Shown here one piece after another: positions 10,246-20,639 of a stretch of DNA of 64,000 nt (position 1 is the stretch's first letter; every line of letters starts with the position of its first letter). A model generated the notes under the pieces. That model saw only the letters and a list, made by a program, of their open reading frames with translations, was not told the origin of the DNA and made no database searches. The translations under genes were made by a program, and so were the position numbers. The stretch spans positions 32,001-96,000 of the forward strand of contig CAWJKZ010000014.1 in the NCBI GenBank assembly GCA_963843575.1, in the 5' to 3' direction. The stretch comes from an uncultured Acidobacteriota bacterium. Lineage in GTDB: Bacteria > Acidobacteriota > UBA6911.

Positions 10246-13009
10246 ATGAGACCGCCTCTCCGAGTTCTCTGGATCGCGCTCCTGACCGCCGCCGTGTGCT
10301 CCGGCCAGCAGCGGCCGCGAGTGCCGCGTCCCTCCGCGTCCCGCAGCGGGCCCGCCTACATGCAGAGGCTGAAGTCCTTCGACGAGACACAATTCGTCAC
10401 CAAGGCCGTGCTGCGCAACGGCCTCAACGTCGTCGTGAACGAGTTCCGGAGTACGCCGGTGGTGACGATCTCTACGTACGCGCCAGCGGGTATGGTTGAC
10501 GAACCCGAGAACGCCCCCGGGATCTCGCGGCTCTTCGCCGACCTGATGCGCCGCGGTACGGCAGAACGCCCCCGGGGCGATGTGGGCCGCGAGGTTGCCG
10601 CCCTCGGCGGCGAAATCGATGCGGAGGCCGGGTACGACTACACGCGATTCGAGATCACCGTCCCCGCGATGCAGTGGAAGAAGGCCCTGGAGATCGCCGC
10701 CGACGCGTACCTCAACCCGAAACTCGAGCCGGGAGAGGCGGGGCGGGCGGCAGAACGGATCGCGCTGGAACGGGCGCGCTCTCTGGATCGTCCTGCCGAC
10801 ATGCTCTGCGAGTCGCTGCTCGAACTGGGCCTCGCCTCGCAGACCGGCCGGTTGCCGTTTGAGGTGGACGTCCAGGCGCTGTCGCGCTTGACGTCCGAGT
10901 CGCTGGCGGAACACTACAAGTCCCTGTGCTCCCTCTCGCGCACGCTCCTGGTGGTCAGCGGCGACGTGAATGCGCCCGACGTCCTCACCGACGTCGTGAA
11001 ACTCTACGACCGGCCCTCGGCGGCAGCCGTAAAACCGGAGGTGTCTTCCGCCGTGCATCCGACGACCGGGTTCCGTTACCGCGAACTGCGCGGCGACGTC
11101 GGGGTGGCGCAGCTGCTTCTGGGTTTCCACGGTCCGGCGGCCGGGGCGACGGATTACGCGGCTGCGGAAGTGTTGCGGGCCATGCTCGGCGCGGGCGACG
11201 GCTCGATCCTGGCGCAGCGGCTGGGAGAAGGGAAGAAGATCGTCAACAGCGTCGAATCCCGTCTGATCGCCGCTGAGAAGTGGGGCTACCTGACCCTCAG
11301 GCTGGAGCTGGATCCGGCCAACATCGACAAGTGCGAGCTTGCGGCGGCGACGGAGCTGGAGATCCTCCGCCGCTCGGACCCGGACGACGACGAGGTGCGG
11401 CGAGCCGTGGCTCAGTGCGAAAGGGAGTTCTGGGCCGAGCAGGAAACCACCGCCGGGCGGGCGCACCTGCTTGCTCGATTCGAAGCGCTCGGCAGCTGGA
11501 AGAAATCGGACCTCTACGTCGCGCAGCTGCGGCAGGTGAAACCCGCCGATGTCCGCAGGGCCGCGTCCAAATACCTGGACTACACGGATTGCGTTGCTGG
11601 TCGAACTCCTGCCGTTCACCGCCGAAGCGCGCGGGCTCCAGGGTGAGACGGTGCTGAAAAGCCTGCTGCAGCTCGTGGAGGCCTCTGTGCGTCAGGAGCT
11701 GGATGCGCGCGAAAGGGAGACCAAGCCAGCGCTCGAGCTCCCGCGCGCCCCCGCGTTCAAGTTCAGCGAGGTGCGGACGAATTTTCAGACGGCGTCCATA
11801 TTACGCGGCCCGGAACTGTTCATCCGTGAAGACCACACGCTGCCGCTGATCCACCTGGGATTCTTCTATCCGGGGGGCAAGTTGAGCGAGACGCGGGAAA
11901 ACAGCGGGATAACCGCCCTGATGCTCCAGTCGATGCTGGGGGCGACGGGCGATAAGACCGCAAGGCAAGTCTGGCGGCAGCTGGAGATCTACGGCGGCCG
12001 GGTGTATCCCGTGGTGGCGGATGACTGCTTCGGCTTTTTCTTCTCCGTGCTCGCGCAGAACATCGATCCGGCGCTCAACCTGCTCGGTCAAATGGTCACC
12101 GCGCCGAAGTTCGAAGACGAGCACATCGCGCGCCGGCAGGAGCTTCAGCTGTGGCGCATCCGCGCGGCGCGAGGCGACGGCGGCCGCCACGCGACGGAGC
12201 TCTTCAACGACGCGATGTTTGTGGGCCACCCTTACGCCTTGCGCCCCGACGGCACCGAGGCGAGCGTCAAGGCGCTTTCACCCGAAGCGGTCCGGCAGTG
12301 GTACAAGAACACCGTCGAGCACCGTAAGCCGGTCGTGGTTGTGATCGGAGACACGCAGGGGACGACCCTGGCCGCCTATTTCGTCCGCAACTTCAGCGGT
12401 TCGCGCTTCCAGGACACCGTGTTGCCGGCCGAGTATGCCAAGACCCCGGAAAACAAGGGGATGGCGGACGAAAAAGGCAGCAGGCGCCTGAGCGTGGTGA
12501 AGCTCGGGTTCGCCGCGCCCCCGCAAGGGGACGAAGAGGGACCCGTCGTGGACATGCTCTGCGATCTGCTCGGGGGGACGGGCGGGCGGCTGCACGAGCA
12601 ATTGGAGGAGGCAGAAGCGCTCGCCACGGGAGTCGCCGTCGATTACGAGCCGCGGCTCCGCTCGGGCAGCGTCGTGGCCACGGCGTATACAGCTCCGCAG
12701 AACGAAGAAAAGGTCCTCAAGATCCTGGAGGACGAACTGCGCCGGGTGATCGATGCACCGCTGCTTTACAGGGATTACCGTACCTCGATGAATGCCGCCA
12801 TCGGCAGAATCCAGATCTCACATCAACGGCGCTTCGTGCGCATCCGGGACGTGGTCGCCAACGTCCTGGCGGGCAAGGGGCTGCAAGGCGCGCTGGAATA
12901 CACCACCCGCATCCAGGATGCCGGGCAGGACGACCTCCCCGATGTCGCCCGGCGATTTTTCGACACACGGAAGTCCGTCACGGTCAGGCTGCGCGGACGC
13001 CCGGAGTGA
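10246..13009 (+). CDS. Secreted M16 (pitrilysin/insulinase) family protein, frameshifted near 11590; no HxxEH motif
   Basis: ORFs 10246-11646 and 11549-13009 join into a four-domain M16 protein (LRNGLNVVV, GISRLFADL, GHPYALRPDGT). Confidence 0.85.
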
Positions 13010-13147
13010 AGCGCGACAGGCGCGGCAGCTGAAGCGCCCGCATTGATCCGGGCGCCCCGAAATGCTTGCGCAATTCCGGCGCACCGGGCTTAGACTTCCT
13101 GATGTAAGTGGCGGAGACGTCTTGGCTGAGTTCCAAGGGAGGGGCGT

Positions 13148-15354
13148 GTGCGCAGGTTCGTGCCCAGAACGCGGATGGCGATTTTCACCACCATCGTCGT
13201 CGCCCTCTGGGTCGTGAAAACTCTGGTGTTGAGCGCGGACGCCCGGCGCGCCCTGAGCCCCGGGCAGCAGGTTTCGTTCAACCTCCTGACCCTCCTGCTC
13301 GTCATTCCTGCGGTTTACTACGCCGGCAAGCTGTTTGGCTTCCTCCGCCGCAGGCTGCTGTGGAAGTTGAGGCGACGACTTATCCTCGCCCACGTCTTTA
13401 TCGGAGCCATACCGGTCCTGCTGATCGTCGTCATCGTATGGGTCGCCGCCCTTCTCTTTTTCTACCAGTTCAGCTATTACCTCATCTCCAACCAGATCGG
13501 CATTCACACGGCCCAAGTCCACGCCTTCAACCTATCGCTCAGGGCGGCGCTCCAACAGTCCGCTGCTCCCGCCCCCTCGGTGTCCGCCCTCAAGGGACTG
13601 CTCGAGCGGGATGCGCACTATCTGTTGGGCGAATACCCTTCCGCCCGCGTCGTGTTGCACGCCGAGGACGGCAGCGGGGGAGTCGTCGTCTACGGCAACC
13701 GGAACGTCAACGCCGCCCTCATCCGGAAGTACCAGGTGCCCCGGTGGGCCGCCGGGCGCGAATTCAGCGGGCTCGTGCTGGAGGATTCGGAGCCGGACCT
13801 GTACCTGCCCGCGGGTACGGGGCGGGACGCCGGGCGCCGCAACCGCCTCTATCTCCGCAGCCTCGTCTTCGGAGACCTCCGCCCGGAGTTGCCGTTCAGC
13901 GTGGAGGTGTCGGTCCCCTTCGACGGTTACCTGCTCGATCGCCTGAAGGCGGCGCTGGGACAGGACCTGCTCCTGGCGGACCACGTGGAGGTCTCCGGAC
14001 TGAGCGTGATGCTTCAGACGACCGACATCCTCCAGAAAAACGTGGTCACTGCCACCTACGACAACGAAAACCCCGCGCAGTCACTCGGTCGCTCGGTGTG
14101 GTCCATCCTCTTGTACCCGATCTCCTGGAACTCCGGGACCGAGCGCGTGTCCGGCGATTCCCAGGTCCTGTTCATCGAGCTGTCGACCTCCAAGCTCATC
14201 CAGAACGTCTTTCGCTCGGAAAGCAACGTCTCAACGACGATCCTGGGCGTCCTGCGGATAGTCGTCGGCTTTTTCCTGGTCGTGGAACTCATCTCGCTTG
14301 TGATCGGCATCGCGCTGACCAAATCGATCACGAGCGCGGTCTACAACCTCTACCGGGGCACGGAGTTCGTGAAACGCGGGGATTTCAGCCACCGCATCGT
14401 CGTGAGATCGAACGACCAGCTCGGCGCCCTGGCCTCGTCCTTCAACCAGATGACCGAATACGTTCAGGCGTTGGTCAAGGAACGCGTCCAGAAGGAACGG
14501 CTCGAACGCGAGCTCGAGATCGCCAAGGAGGTGCAGGAACAGCTGTTTCCCCGCGAGGCGCCGCAAATGCCGCAAATGGAACTCACCGGCCTTTGCCTCC
14601 CCGCCCGCGTCGTCAGCGGCGACTACTACGATTTCCTCCGGTTCAACGCCGACCACATGGGCCTGGCGCTCGGCGACATCTGCGGGAAAGGGATCTCGGC
14701 CGCACTCCTGATGGCCAACCTGCAGGCAGCCCTGCGCAGCAACGTGATCCAGTTCTTCAAGGAAACCCCGAGAACCCCCTCGCCAATCCCGCAGGTGCAG
14801 TGGCCGAGGTCGTCAAGACACTCAACGACCAGATCTGCAGCTACACCTCAGCCAACAAATACGCTTCCTTCTTCTTCGCTGTCTACGACGACGCCCACAC
14901 GACCTTCACCTACTGCAACGCCGGGCACAACCCGCCGCTCTATTTCAACCACAACGATTGCCAGCGCCTGAGTACCGGAGGGACCGTCGTCGGCATCTTC
15001 CCGGATGCGGAATATGAGCAGGAGTCGGTACAGTTCCACCCGGGCGATCTCTTCCTGGCTTACACCGACGGGATCGTGGAGTGCGTCAACGAATACGGCG
15101 AAGAGTTCGGCGAGGACCGCCTGGTCCGACTCGTTCAGCACAATCGCGACAGGTCCGCGGAAGACATACAGAAGCTCGTCGTCGACGAGGTGCTCAACTG
15201 GGCCTACGAAGAGGAGCGCGACGACGACATGACCCTGATCGTGGCCAAGATGCGCACGAACACAAGCGGAACGCCGGGATCCGTCTCCGAGACATTCCGT
15301 GAAGAGCGCCCGGTTGTCGAACCGAAGGGCCCCCCGAATAGTCAATCCTCGTGA
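13148..15354 (+). CDS. Membrane HAMP + SpoIIE (PP2C/RsbU-like) phosphatase, frameshifted near 14770
   Basis: TM helices, HAMP (DQLGALASSFNQM), SGDYYDF, GDICGKG; the second frame gives NAGHNPP, YTDGIVE and DDMTL. Confidence 0.9.
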
Positions 15355-15362
15355 TGTCACCC

Positions 15363-15728
15363 ATGCGATTCAGACAGTGCGCAGGCGACTCAAAATCCCT
15401 CGGACGCGGACGAACGCCGGCAAAGCTCGACGGGGCGTCCTGGATGCCGCACGGCGGCCGGAGCAAAGCGCCGGTTGGTTCTCCGGGGTGGGCTTGCGGC
15501 AAGCGCACTGGAGCTCGGAGCGCGGGTCCGGCCTGGCACGAGAGCGTTTGCCGCCAGCCCACCCCGGAGAACCACATCCAGAGCGCCCCGTCGAGCTTTG
15601 CACACGGATCAAAGCAAACTTGGTGTTCGCGCAAGAATACATTTTGGCGCGAGCCCTAAGCTACAACGTAAATCCGCGAGAATCCGCGTTCCAGGAAGTT
15701 TGCAGGATCCCCAGCGTCTGAATCGCAG
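15363..15728. mobile_element. MITE-like element, long copy, carrying a nested 180-nt hairpin
   Basis: 11-bp terminal inverted repeats TGCGATTCAGA/TCTGAATCGCA; flanking direct repeat ATGTCACCC (15354-15362 and 15729-15737); shares blocks with 45674-45820. Confidence 0.8.
15421..15600. repeat. 180-nt long inverted repeat
   Basis: 15421-15446 pairs with 15575-15600 (24/26); 15476-15506 pairs with 15544-15574 (29/31). Confidence 0.9.
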
Positions 15729-15745
15729 ATGTCACCCCGATTGTC

Positions 15746-15773
15746 TTGACGAAGTGTGAGGTTGCGGCATAAT
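15746..15773 (+). promoter_or_regulatory. Candidate sigma70 promoter TTGACG-N16-CATAAT
   Basis: Lies 15 nt upstream of ATG 15789. Confidence 0.5.
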
Positions 15774-15788
15774 CTGAATTAACTGAAT

Positions 15789-16361
15789 ATGCCGAAACGT
15801 TCCTTTTTCACGACGTTCGAAATCAGCCAGATCTGCGAGGTGAATCCCACCACCGTGCAGAACTGGGTCAAGGAGAAGAAACTCAAGGCGTATTCGACCC
15901 CGGGAGGGCATCGCAGGATCCGGCGCGAAGATCTGGCGGAGTTCATGCGCGAGTTCGGTTTGCCCGTCCCGAAAGATCTTCAGCTGCCCAAGCGTCTTGT
16001 CATGATTGTAGATGACGAGAGCGATGTGCTCGACATGCTCAAGTCCGTGATGCAGTCCTCCGGCGAGGAACTCGAGGTGGTGACGGCTCGGGGCGGGGTC
16101 GAGGCGCTGCTGCTGATCGGGGCGCGCCAGCCCGATCTGCTCGTGCTGGACATCATGATGCCTGGCATGAACGGATTCGAAGTCTGCCGCAAGCTCAAGT
16201 CCAACCCGGCCACCGCACAGATCAAGATCGTGGCGATCACCGGCGACCACAGTTCCGGCATCCGCGAGCGCATCCTCCAGGCGGGAGCCGACCTGTTCTT
16301 CACCAAGCCATTGGACATCGTGCAGTTCCGGGACCAGTGCGCCACGCTGATGAAATCCTGA
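15789..16361 (+). CDS. Response regulator with N-terminal excisionase/HTH_17 DNA-binding domain
   Basis: FTTFEISQICEV..YSTPGGHRRI HTH; receiver motifs IVDDE, LDIMMPGMNG, TKP. Confidence 0.9.
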   Translation: MPKRSFFTTFEISQICEVNPTTVQNWVKEKKLKAYSTPGGHRRIRREDLAEFMREFGLPVPKDLQLPKRLVMIVDDESDVLDMLKSVMQSSGEELEVVTARGGVEALLLIGARQPDLLVLDIMMPGMNGFEVCRKLKSNPATAQIKIVAITGDHSSGIRERILQAGADLFFTKPLDIVQFRDQCATLMKS

Positions 16362-16372
16362 GGAGATGACTC

Positions 16373-17449
16373 GTGTCCACCCTCGACCGCCCGGAGACGT
16401 GGCCTGCCGTCGACCCGCAATCCATGCGAGGTCTGATCGAGTCCTTTCCCGAACAGTTCCGGTCAGCGGTTCGGTCTGCAGCGGAGTTGACGGCCAAGGC
16501 TCCCGGGCGCATCGACAATATCGTAGTGTGTGGCCTGGGAGGCTCCGCCATCGGGGGCGACGTCGTGCGCTCTGCCGTGGGCGGATCGATGAAGATCCCG
16601 TTGCTGGTAAGCCGGGACTACACCTTGCCTTCTTTCGTCGGCGGTACGAGCCTGGTGTTCGCCTGCAGTTACTCGGGCAACACTGAGGAGACGCTCGCCG
16701 CGTACGCGGAAGCGTGCCGGCGCGGTGCCTCGATTTTCTGCATCACTTCGGGAGGGCGTCTGGCCGGGTTGGCCCGGACGGACGGACACCCGGTCGTCGC
16801 GCTGCCGCCCGGCCTGCCGCCGCGGGCCGCCCTGGGATACTCCTCGGTGCTTCTCCTGGGAGTCCTGCGCGCCCTGGCGCTGGTTCCCGACCAGACCGCC
16901 GATCTGGAAGAGACGACCTTGTTGCTCGATTCCATGTCGAAGCGGTACAGGGTCGTGGTTCCGGAAACGGCGAATCGCGCGAAGTCGATCGCCCTGACCC
17001 TTCATGGCAGAATCGTGGCAGTCTACGGTTCCAGCGGCACCCTGGAAGCGGCAGCCGCGCGTTGGCGCGGTCAAATCGAAGAGAACGCAAAGAACCTGGC
17101 GTTTCACCACCTTCTTCCCGAGATGAACCACAACGAGCTGGTGGGCTGGAGTCTTCCGGAGGACGCGCTGTCTCGCCTCGGCGTTGTCTTTCTCCGCGAC
17201 CGCGGCGAGCACCCGCAGGTGAGAAGGCGCTTCGAAGCGACGATCGAAGCCATCGTCCCCAGGGCCGGGATCGTTCATGAAGTGTGGAGCGAGGGAGAGT
17301 CGCCGCTGGCGAGGATCTTCTCGGTGATTTATCTCGGGGACTTTGTCAGCCTGTATCTGGCCTCTCTCAACCTGGTCGACCCGACACCCGTCGAGGCCAT
17401 CGAGTCGCTCAAACGGAAGCTCGCCGAAACCCCGACGGCGGCAGGTTGA
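16373..17449 (+). CDS. Bifunctional phosphoglucose/phosphomannose isomerase (SIS family)
   Basis: GLGGSAIGG, SYSGNTEET, EENAK, PEMNHNE, VDPTPV. Confidence 0.93.
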   Translation: MSTLDRPETWPAVDPQSMRGLIESFPEQFRSAVRSAAELTAKAPGRIDNIVVCGLGGSAIGGDVVRSAVGGSMKIPLLVSRDYTLPSFVGGTSLVFACSYSGNTEETLAAYAEACRRGASIFCITSGGRLAGLARTDGHPVVALPPGLPPRAALGYSSVLLLGVLRALALVPDQTADLEETTLLLDSMSKRYRVVVPETANRAKSIALTLHGRIVAVYGSSGTLEAAAARWRGQIEENAKNLAFHHLLPEMNHNELVGWSLPEDALSRLGVVFLRDRGEHPQVRRRFEATIEAIVPRAGIVHEVWSEGESPLARIFSVIYLGDFVSLYLASLNLVDPTPVEAIESLKRKLAETPTAAG

Positions 17450-17667
17450 CGTCCACCGTTTCCCCTTGGTTGCTGCAACTGTTTGAGTATTTGACAGTTC
17501 CGCTGTTCATTTGACAGAATAGGTCACCGGGTTCCCGCCACCCTGTTGGGTGGTTCACACCAGGCTGGTTTGGGTCGGCATGACCTGTCAGGCGGTGGCC
17601 GGCAGCTCGACGGGGAAGAGGACGCAGATTTGGGCTGGATGCCGGGCCGGCGGGGGTGCCTGCGGTT
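17450..17667 (+). ncRNA. Candidate structured ncRNA or leader (weakly 6S-like)
   Basis: Nested complementary segments; motifs GGGTTCCCGCC..GGTTCA and CGGCA; family not confirmed. Confidence 0.25.
17491..17520 (+). promoter_or_regulatory. Candidate sigma70 promoter TTGACA-N18-CAGAAT (extended TGn) upstream of the dapF leader
   Basis: Perfect -35 hexamer at 17491-17496. Confidence 0.5.
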
Positions 17668-18543
17668 ATGGAGTTTGCCAAGCTTCACGGATTGGGAAAC
17701 GATTTTCTGGTGATTCGCGTCGGCGATGCCGGCGACGTCCGCCGCACGCTGACCTCTCTGGCCACGGCGATCTGCCACCGCCACCTCGGGGTGGGCGCGG
17801 ATGGCGTGGTCTACTACCAGCGCACGATTGGAGACGATGACGCGGACGTTTCGGCCCTCATTTTCAACGCCGACGGGAGCCGGGCGGAAATGTCGGGTAA
17901 TGGCCTGCGCTGCCTCGCTGCCTTCCTGTGCGTCTCCGGCCAGCATCGGGCGGCCAGCGTGAGGGTGCGCACGGTTGCGGGCGTCAAGACGCTCACCCTG
18001 AGGCAACGGGAAGGGAAGATCTTCACTTTCGAGACCTCCATGGGGCGGCCCATAACCGAACCGGAACGCATCCCTCTCCGCCCGGGACCCTCCTCCGGCC
18101 CGGCGATTGACTGGCCGCTGACCGTCGGATCGGAGTCCGTCCAGATCACGGCGAGTTCAATGGGAAACCCCCACTGCTCCACGTTCTGGCCGGACGTAGC
18201 CCAGGCCCCGGTCGACACCCTCGGCCCGTTGCTCGAGAGGCACGCCGCCTTCCCGAACCGGACCAATGTCGAGTTCATCCAGGTCCTGGACCGGCACCGG
18301 CTGCGGTTGCGGTTCTGGGAACGCGGGGTGGGGCGGACGCTCTGCTCCGGCACCGGCAGTTCGGCTGCGGTCGTGGCAGCGACGCTCCGGAAGGAGGTGG
18401 AGAGCCCCGTCACGGTCGAGACCGAGCTCGGATCGCTGCTGGTGCGGTGGGACGCGTCCGGCGAGCTGTATCTCACAGGCCCGGCCGAACTCATCTGCAC
18501 CGGTGTGTATGCCGAGGGTGAAGCCGCGGAAGAGCCGGCATGA
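17668..18543 (+). CDS. dapF: Diaminopimelate epimerase
   Basis: KLHGLGNDF, GVGADG, EMSGNG, SMGNPH, TNVEF, ERGVGRTLCSGTG. Confidence 0.93.
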   Translation: MEFAKLHGLGNDFLVIRVGDAGDVRRTLTSLATAICHRHLGVGADGVVYYQRTIGDDDADVSALIFNADGSRAEMSGNGLRCLAAFLCVSGQHRAASVRVRTVAGVKTLTLRQREGKIFTFETSMGRPITEPERIPLRPGPSSGPAIDWPLTVGSESVQITASSMGNPHCSTFWPDVAQAPVDTLGPLLERHAAFPNRTNVEFIQVLDRHRLRLRFWERGVGRTLCSGTGSSAAVVAATLRKEVESPVTVETELGSLLVRWDASGELYLTGPAELICTGVYAEGEAAEEPA

Positions 18544-19723
18544 AGAGTTCAGGCGCATTGCTGGAGTTTTTCGAAGGGGGTATGGACGGCTCACTGGAGC
18601 TGCTCAGGAATCTCGTAGAACTCGAGTCGGGCTCGCTGGAGAAACCTTCCCTCGACCGATTGGCCGGCTTTCTCGCAGGGGAATTCGAGTCGCGCGGCGC
18701 CTGGGTCTCGCTGATCCCGGTTGCAGGCCGGGGCAACATCGTGAAGGCCGAATGGAGGAGCAGGGAGGCCGTCAAGCCCGTTCTCGTCCTCGGCCACATG
18801 GACACGGTCTGGCCGGCTGGCACGATCCTGAAGCGGCCTTTCCGGATAGCGGGCGGGCGGGCGTACGGACCCGGCGTGTTCGACATGAAGTGCGGGCTGC
18901 TGATCAGTCTGCTGGCCTGCGAGGCCTTCAGGCAGGGCAAGATCGATCCCGGCGGGAATGTGGTGTTCCTTTTCACTTCCGACGAAGAGATCGGAAGCGA
19001 GTCCGGGGTTGCCTGCCTTCGGGACACGGCCGCCGGTTGCCGAGCCGTCCTGTGCCTCGAGCCGCCGCTCCCGGGCGGTGCGGCAAAGACCTTTCGCAAG
19101 GGAGTCGGGGAAGTCAGTATCACGGTCCAGGGCGTCCCGGCGCACGCCGGCCTGGACCACGAGAAAGGCGCGAACGCGATCGTGGAGCTTGCCAATCAGC
19201 TTCTGCGCCTCCAGGCGCTGACTGATTACGATCGAGGGCTCACCATCAGCGTCGGGAAAGTCAGGGGCGGCTCCGCGACGAACGTCGTGCCGGCCGAGGC
19301 GGAAGCGGAGATCGATTTCCGCGTCGCTTCGTTGTCCGACGCCGAGTGGGTCGGGGACAGCTGGAGTCGCTGCAACTATTCGATTCGCGGTGCACGATCC
19401 GGGTCCGGGGGGGACTCAGCCGCCCCCCGCTGGAGCGCACGCCGGCCGTGGTGGAGCTGTATCGAACGGCGCGCGGCGTCGCGGCGGAGTTCGGGATGAG
19501 CCTCGGCGAAGGTCCCAGTGGCGGGGGAAGCGACGGGTCGTTCACTGCCGCGATGGGCATTCCCACGCTGGACGGCCTCGGGGTCGACGGCGACGGCGCC
19601 CATGCCGAAAATGAGCACGTCATCGTCGCCGACATACCGCGCAGGGCGGCGTTGATTTCCCGTCTGGTACAATCGTTGGTGAACGATGTCACTGAATTGG
19701 GTGCAATCGCGCCAACCGCCTGA
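18540..19723 (+). CDS. M20 family metallopeptidase (carboxypeptidase G2-like), frameshifted near 19355
   Basis: GHMDTV, GPGVFDMK, DEEIGS, AHAG; the second frame gives GGSDG and GAHAENE. Confidence 0.9.
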
Positions 19724-19735
19724 GCTGACAAAGCA

Positions 19736-20619
19736 ATGAGGATCGACCTGAAGAACCGATTTGCCCTCGTGTGGCTGCTGTTGCTGACGTACGCCTTTCC
19801 CGGGACGGCCGCCGAGCAGGGCACGAAAACCTTCGCGTTTGTCGGGCCGCAATATCTCATGACGGCAGAGCTCGCGACCCCGCGCAGTTTCATCGTCAAT
19901 TTCATCAACCTGTCCGATTTCGTCGTGGTCATCCAGTGCAGTGAGTTCATTTATCGGGGTGCCTCGGGGCGATACTACATCGGGCAGGTTTTCGAGGACG
20001 AGTACAAGGACAATCGCGGCGAGACGATGAAGTACAGGGCGTCTGTCCTCCTCAAGGGGCACTCGGTGGCGGGGCTGACCCTTTTCGGCGCCTTTCGCGA
20101 AGTCGACCAGATCGAAGAACTGAGCATCCGGATCGGCTCCAAGCGGTTTTATCTTCAGCCGTTGGAAAAAGCGGATTTCGAACAACTCGCCGCCAAGGTC
20201 GAGTCGCTCGATCTGAAAAACCAGAGCAGCCGCGAGGCTCTGCAGGAGGCGAACATCGAGGCGACGGGACGGTCAAGTCGACCGATGGCACCTCTGAATG
20301 GGACAGGGACTGGCAGAACCTCCTGACGCCCGAGGGAGTCAACCCCCCCAAAATCATCCAACGGACGGAGGTCGAGCCGACCGAGGATGCCCAGAAAAGC
20401 CGCACCTACGGCAAGGTGCGGCTGGCCGCGACCATAAACAAAAACGGCGGCATTCAGGACCTGAAGGTGGACAAGGGTTTGGGCAAAGGCCTGGACGAGC
20501 GCGCCATGGAAGCCGTCAAGAACAGCTGGCAGTTTCTGCCCGCGACGCGGAACGGAGAAGTGCTCGAAAGCGCCATCCGGTTCGACGTCGATTTTCCGCC
20601 GCCCGCCGAGAAGAAATAG
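19736..20619 (+). CDS. TonB-family energy transducer with N-terminal periplasmic domain, frameshifted near 20270
   Basis: After the shift the frame reads PPKIIQRTEVEPTEDA..GKVRL..GLDERAMEAVKNSWQFLPATRNG (TonB_C). Confidence 0.75.
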
Positions 20620-20639
20620 GGGCCAGTCGGCAGCGGAAG

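Noticed and set aside
11549-11646. Programmed frameshifts in the M16, SpoIIE, M20 or kgd genes
   Set aside because: No slippery heptamers are evident and indels are widespread; assembly error is the simpler explanation.
17588-17606. SRP RNA helix 8 (TCAGG-CGG-TGG-CCG-GCAGC)
   Set aside because: Lacks the GNRA tetraloop and the AGCAG motif.
17521-17667. Lysine riboswitch upstream of dapF
   Set aside because: No AGAGGNGC, loop-E or kink-turn consensus is visible.
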